Shown in pieces: positions 61,329 through 61,449 of a stretch of DNA of 61,449 bases. Within the stretch, counting starts at the first letter, position 1, and the number at the start of each line of letters is the position of its first letter. This DNA comes from an uncultured Ruminococcus sp. (GTDB lineage Bacteria; Bacillota; Clostridia; Oscillospirales; Acutalibacteraceae), in contig CAZRLC010000001.1 of NCBI GenBank assembly GCA_964600975.1, positions 1-61,449 on the forward strand, written 5' to 3'. Position numbers and translations under genes: made by a program. Under the pieces are notes generated by a model, which was given only the letters and a program-made list of their open reading frames with translations, did not search any database and was not told the DNA's origin.

Positions 61329-61449
61329 TTTTCTGCCTCCAGCCTGTAACCCACACCAATCACAGTTTCTATTTGTGAGCCTGCCACGCTCAGCTTTTGA
61401 CGAAGAGTTTTTATGTGCATATCCACAGTTCTTGATTCCACCATATGGT
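61325..61449 (-). CDS. PhoP/PhoB-like response regulator, 3' end only
   Basis: Manual translation ...ESRTVDMHIKTLRQKL..IETVIGVGYRLEAEK*; stop overlaps the kinase ATG (ATGA). Confidence 0.9.
   Translation of the reverse strand, partial: HMVESRTVDMHIKTLRQKLSVAGSQIETVIGVGYRLEAEK

Noticed and set aside
59431..61449. Genomic island downstream of tRNA-Trp
   Set aside because: The two att-like copies enclose only ~200 bp, there is no integrase, and the downstream genes look like an ordinary PhoPR-type pair.

Overview
Core chromosomal segment of a spore-forming clostridial bacterium. An Oscillospiraceae/Ruminococcus-like taxon is inferred from the dockerin-tailed proteins, spoIIE and spoIIID. Left to right it holds: the 5' part of rpoC and rpoB; a rich intergenic region with face-to-face sigmaA promoters and a ~185-nt structured RNA candidate resembling 6S; DUF1934-argS; a BspA-type LRR-dockerin protein; secA; an FHA-RodA fusion plus class B PBP; glmS; an eroding surface-polysaccharide locus (CapD/PglF, phosphoglycosyl transferase, 2-hydroxyacid dehydrogenase, ddl, GT4, AsnB-like, EpsG/Wzy) with two genes collapsed by internal deletions; a 2019-aa transglutaminase/LRR/dockerin protein; a DUF559 nuclease cassette bounded by palindromic inverted repeats and two orphan MmeI-like gene tails; spoIIID; a DegT aminotransferase; a two-component system with HtrA; MecA-like; GH13; spoIIE; a maltodextrin ABC transporter with amylase; murE; a second two-component system; tRNA-Trp followed by a GC-rich structured element ending in a duplicated tRNA 3' end; and a PhoR/PhoP-like pair. 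I saw no CRISPR array, rRNA, integrase or transposase. All family calls come from motif recognition by eye, with no database searches run.
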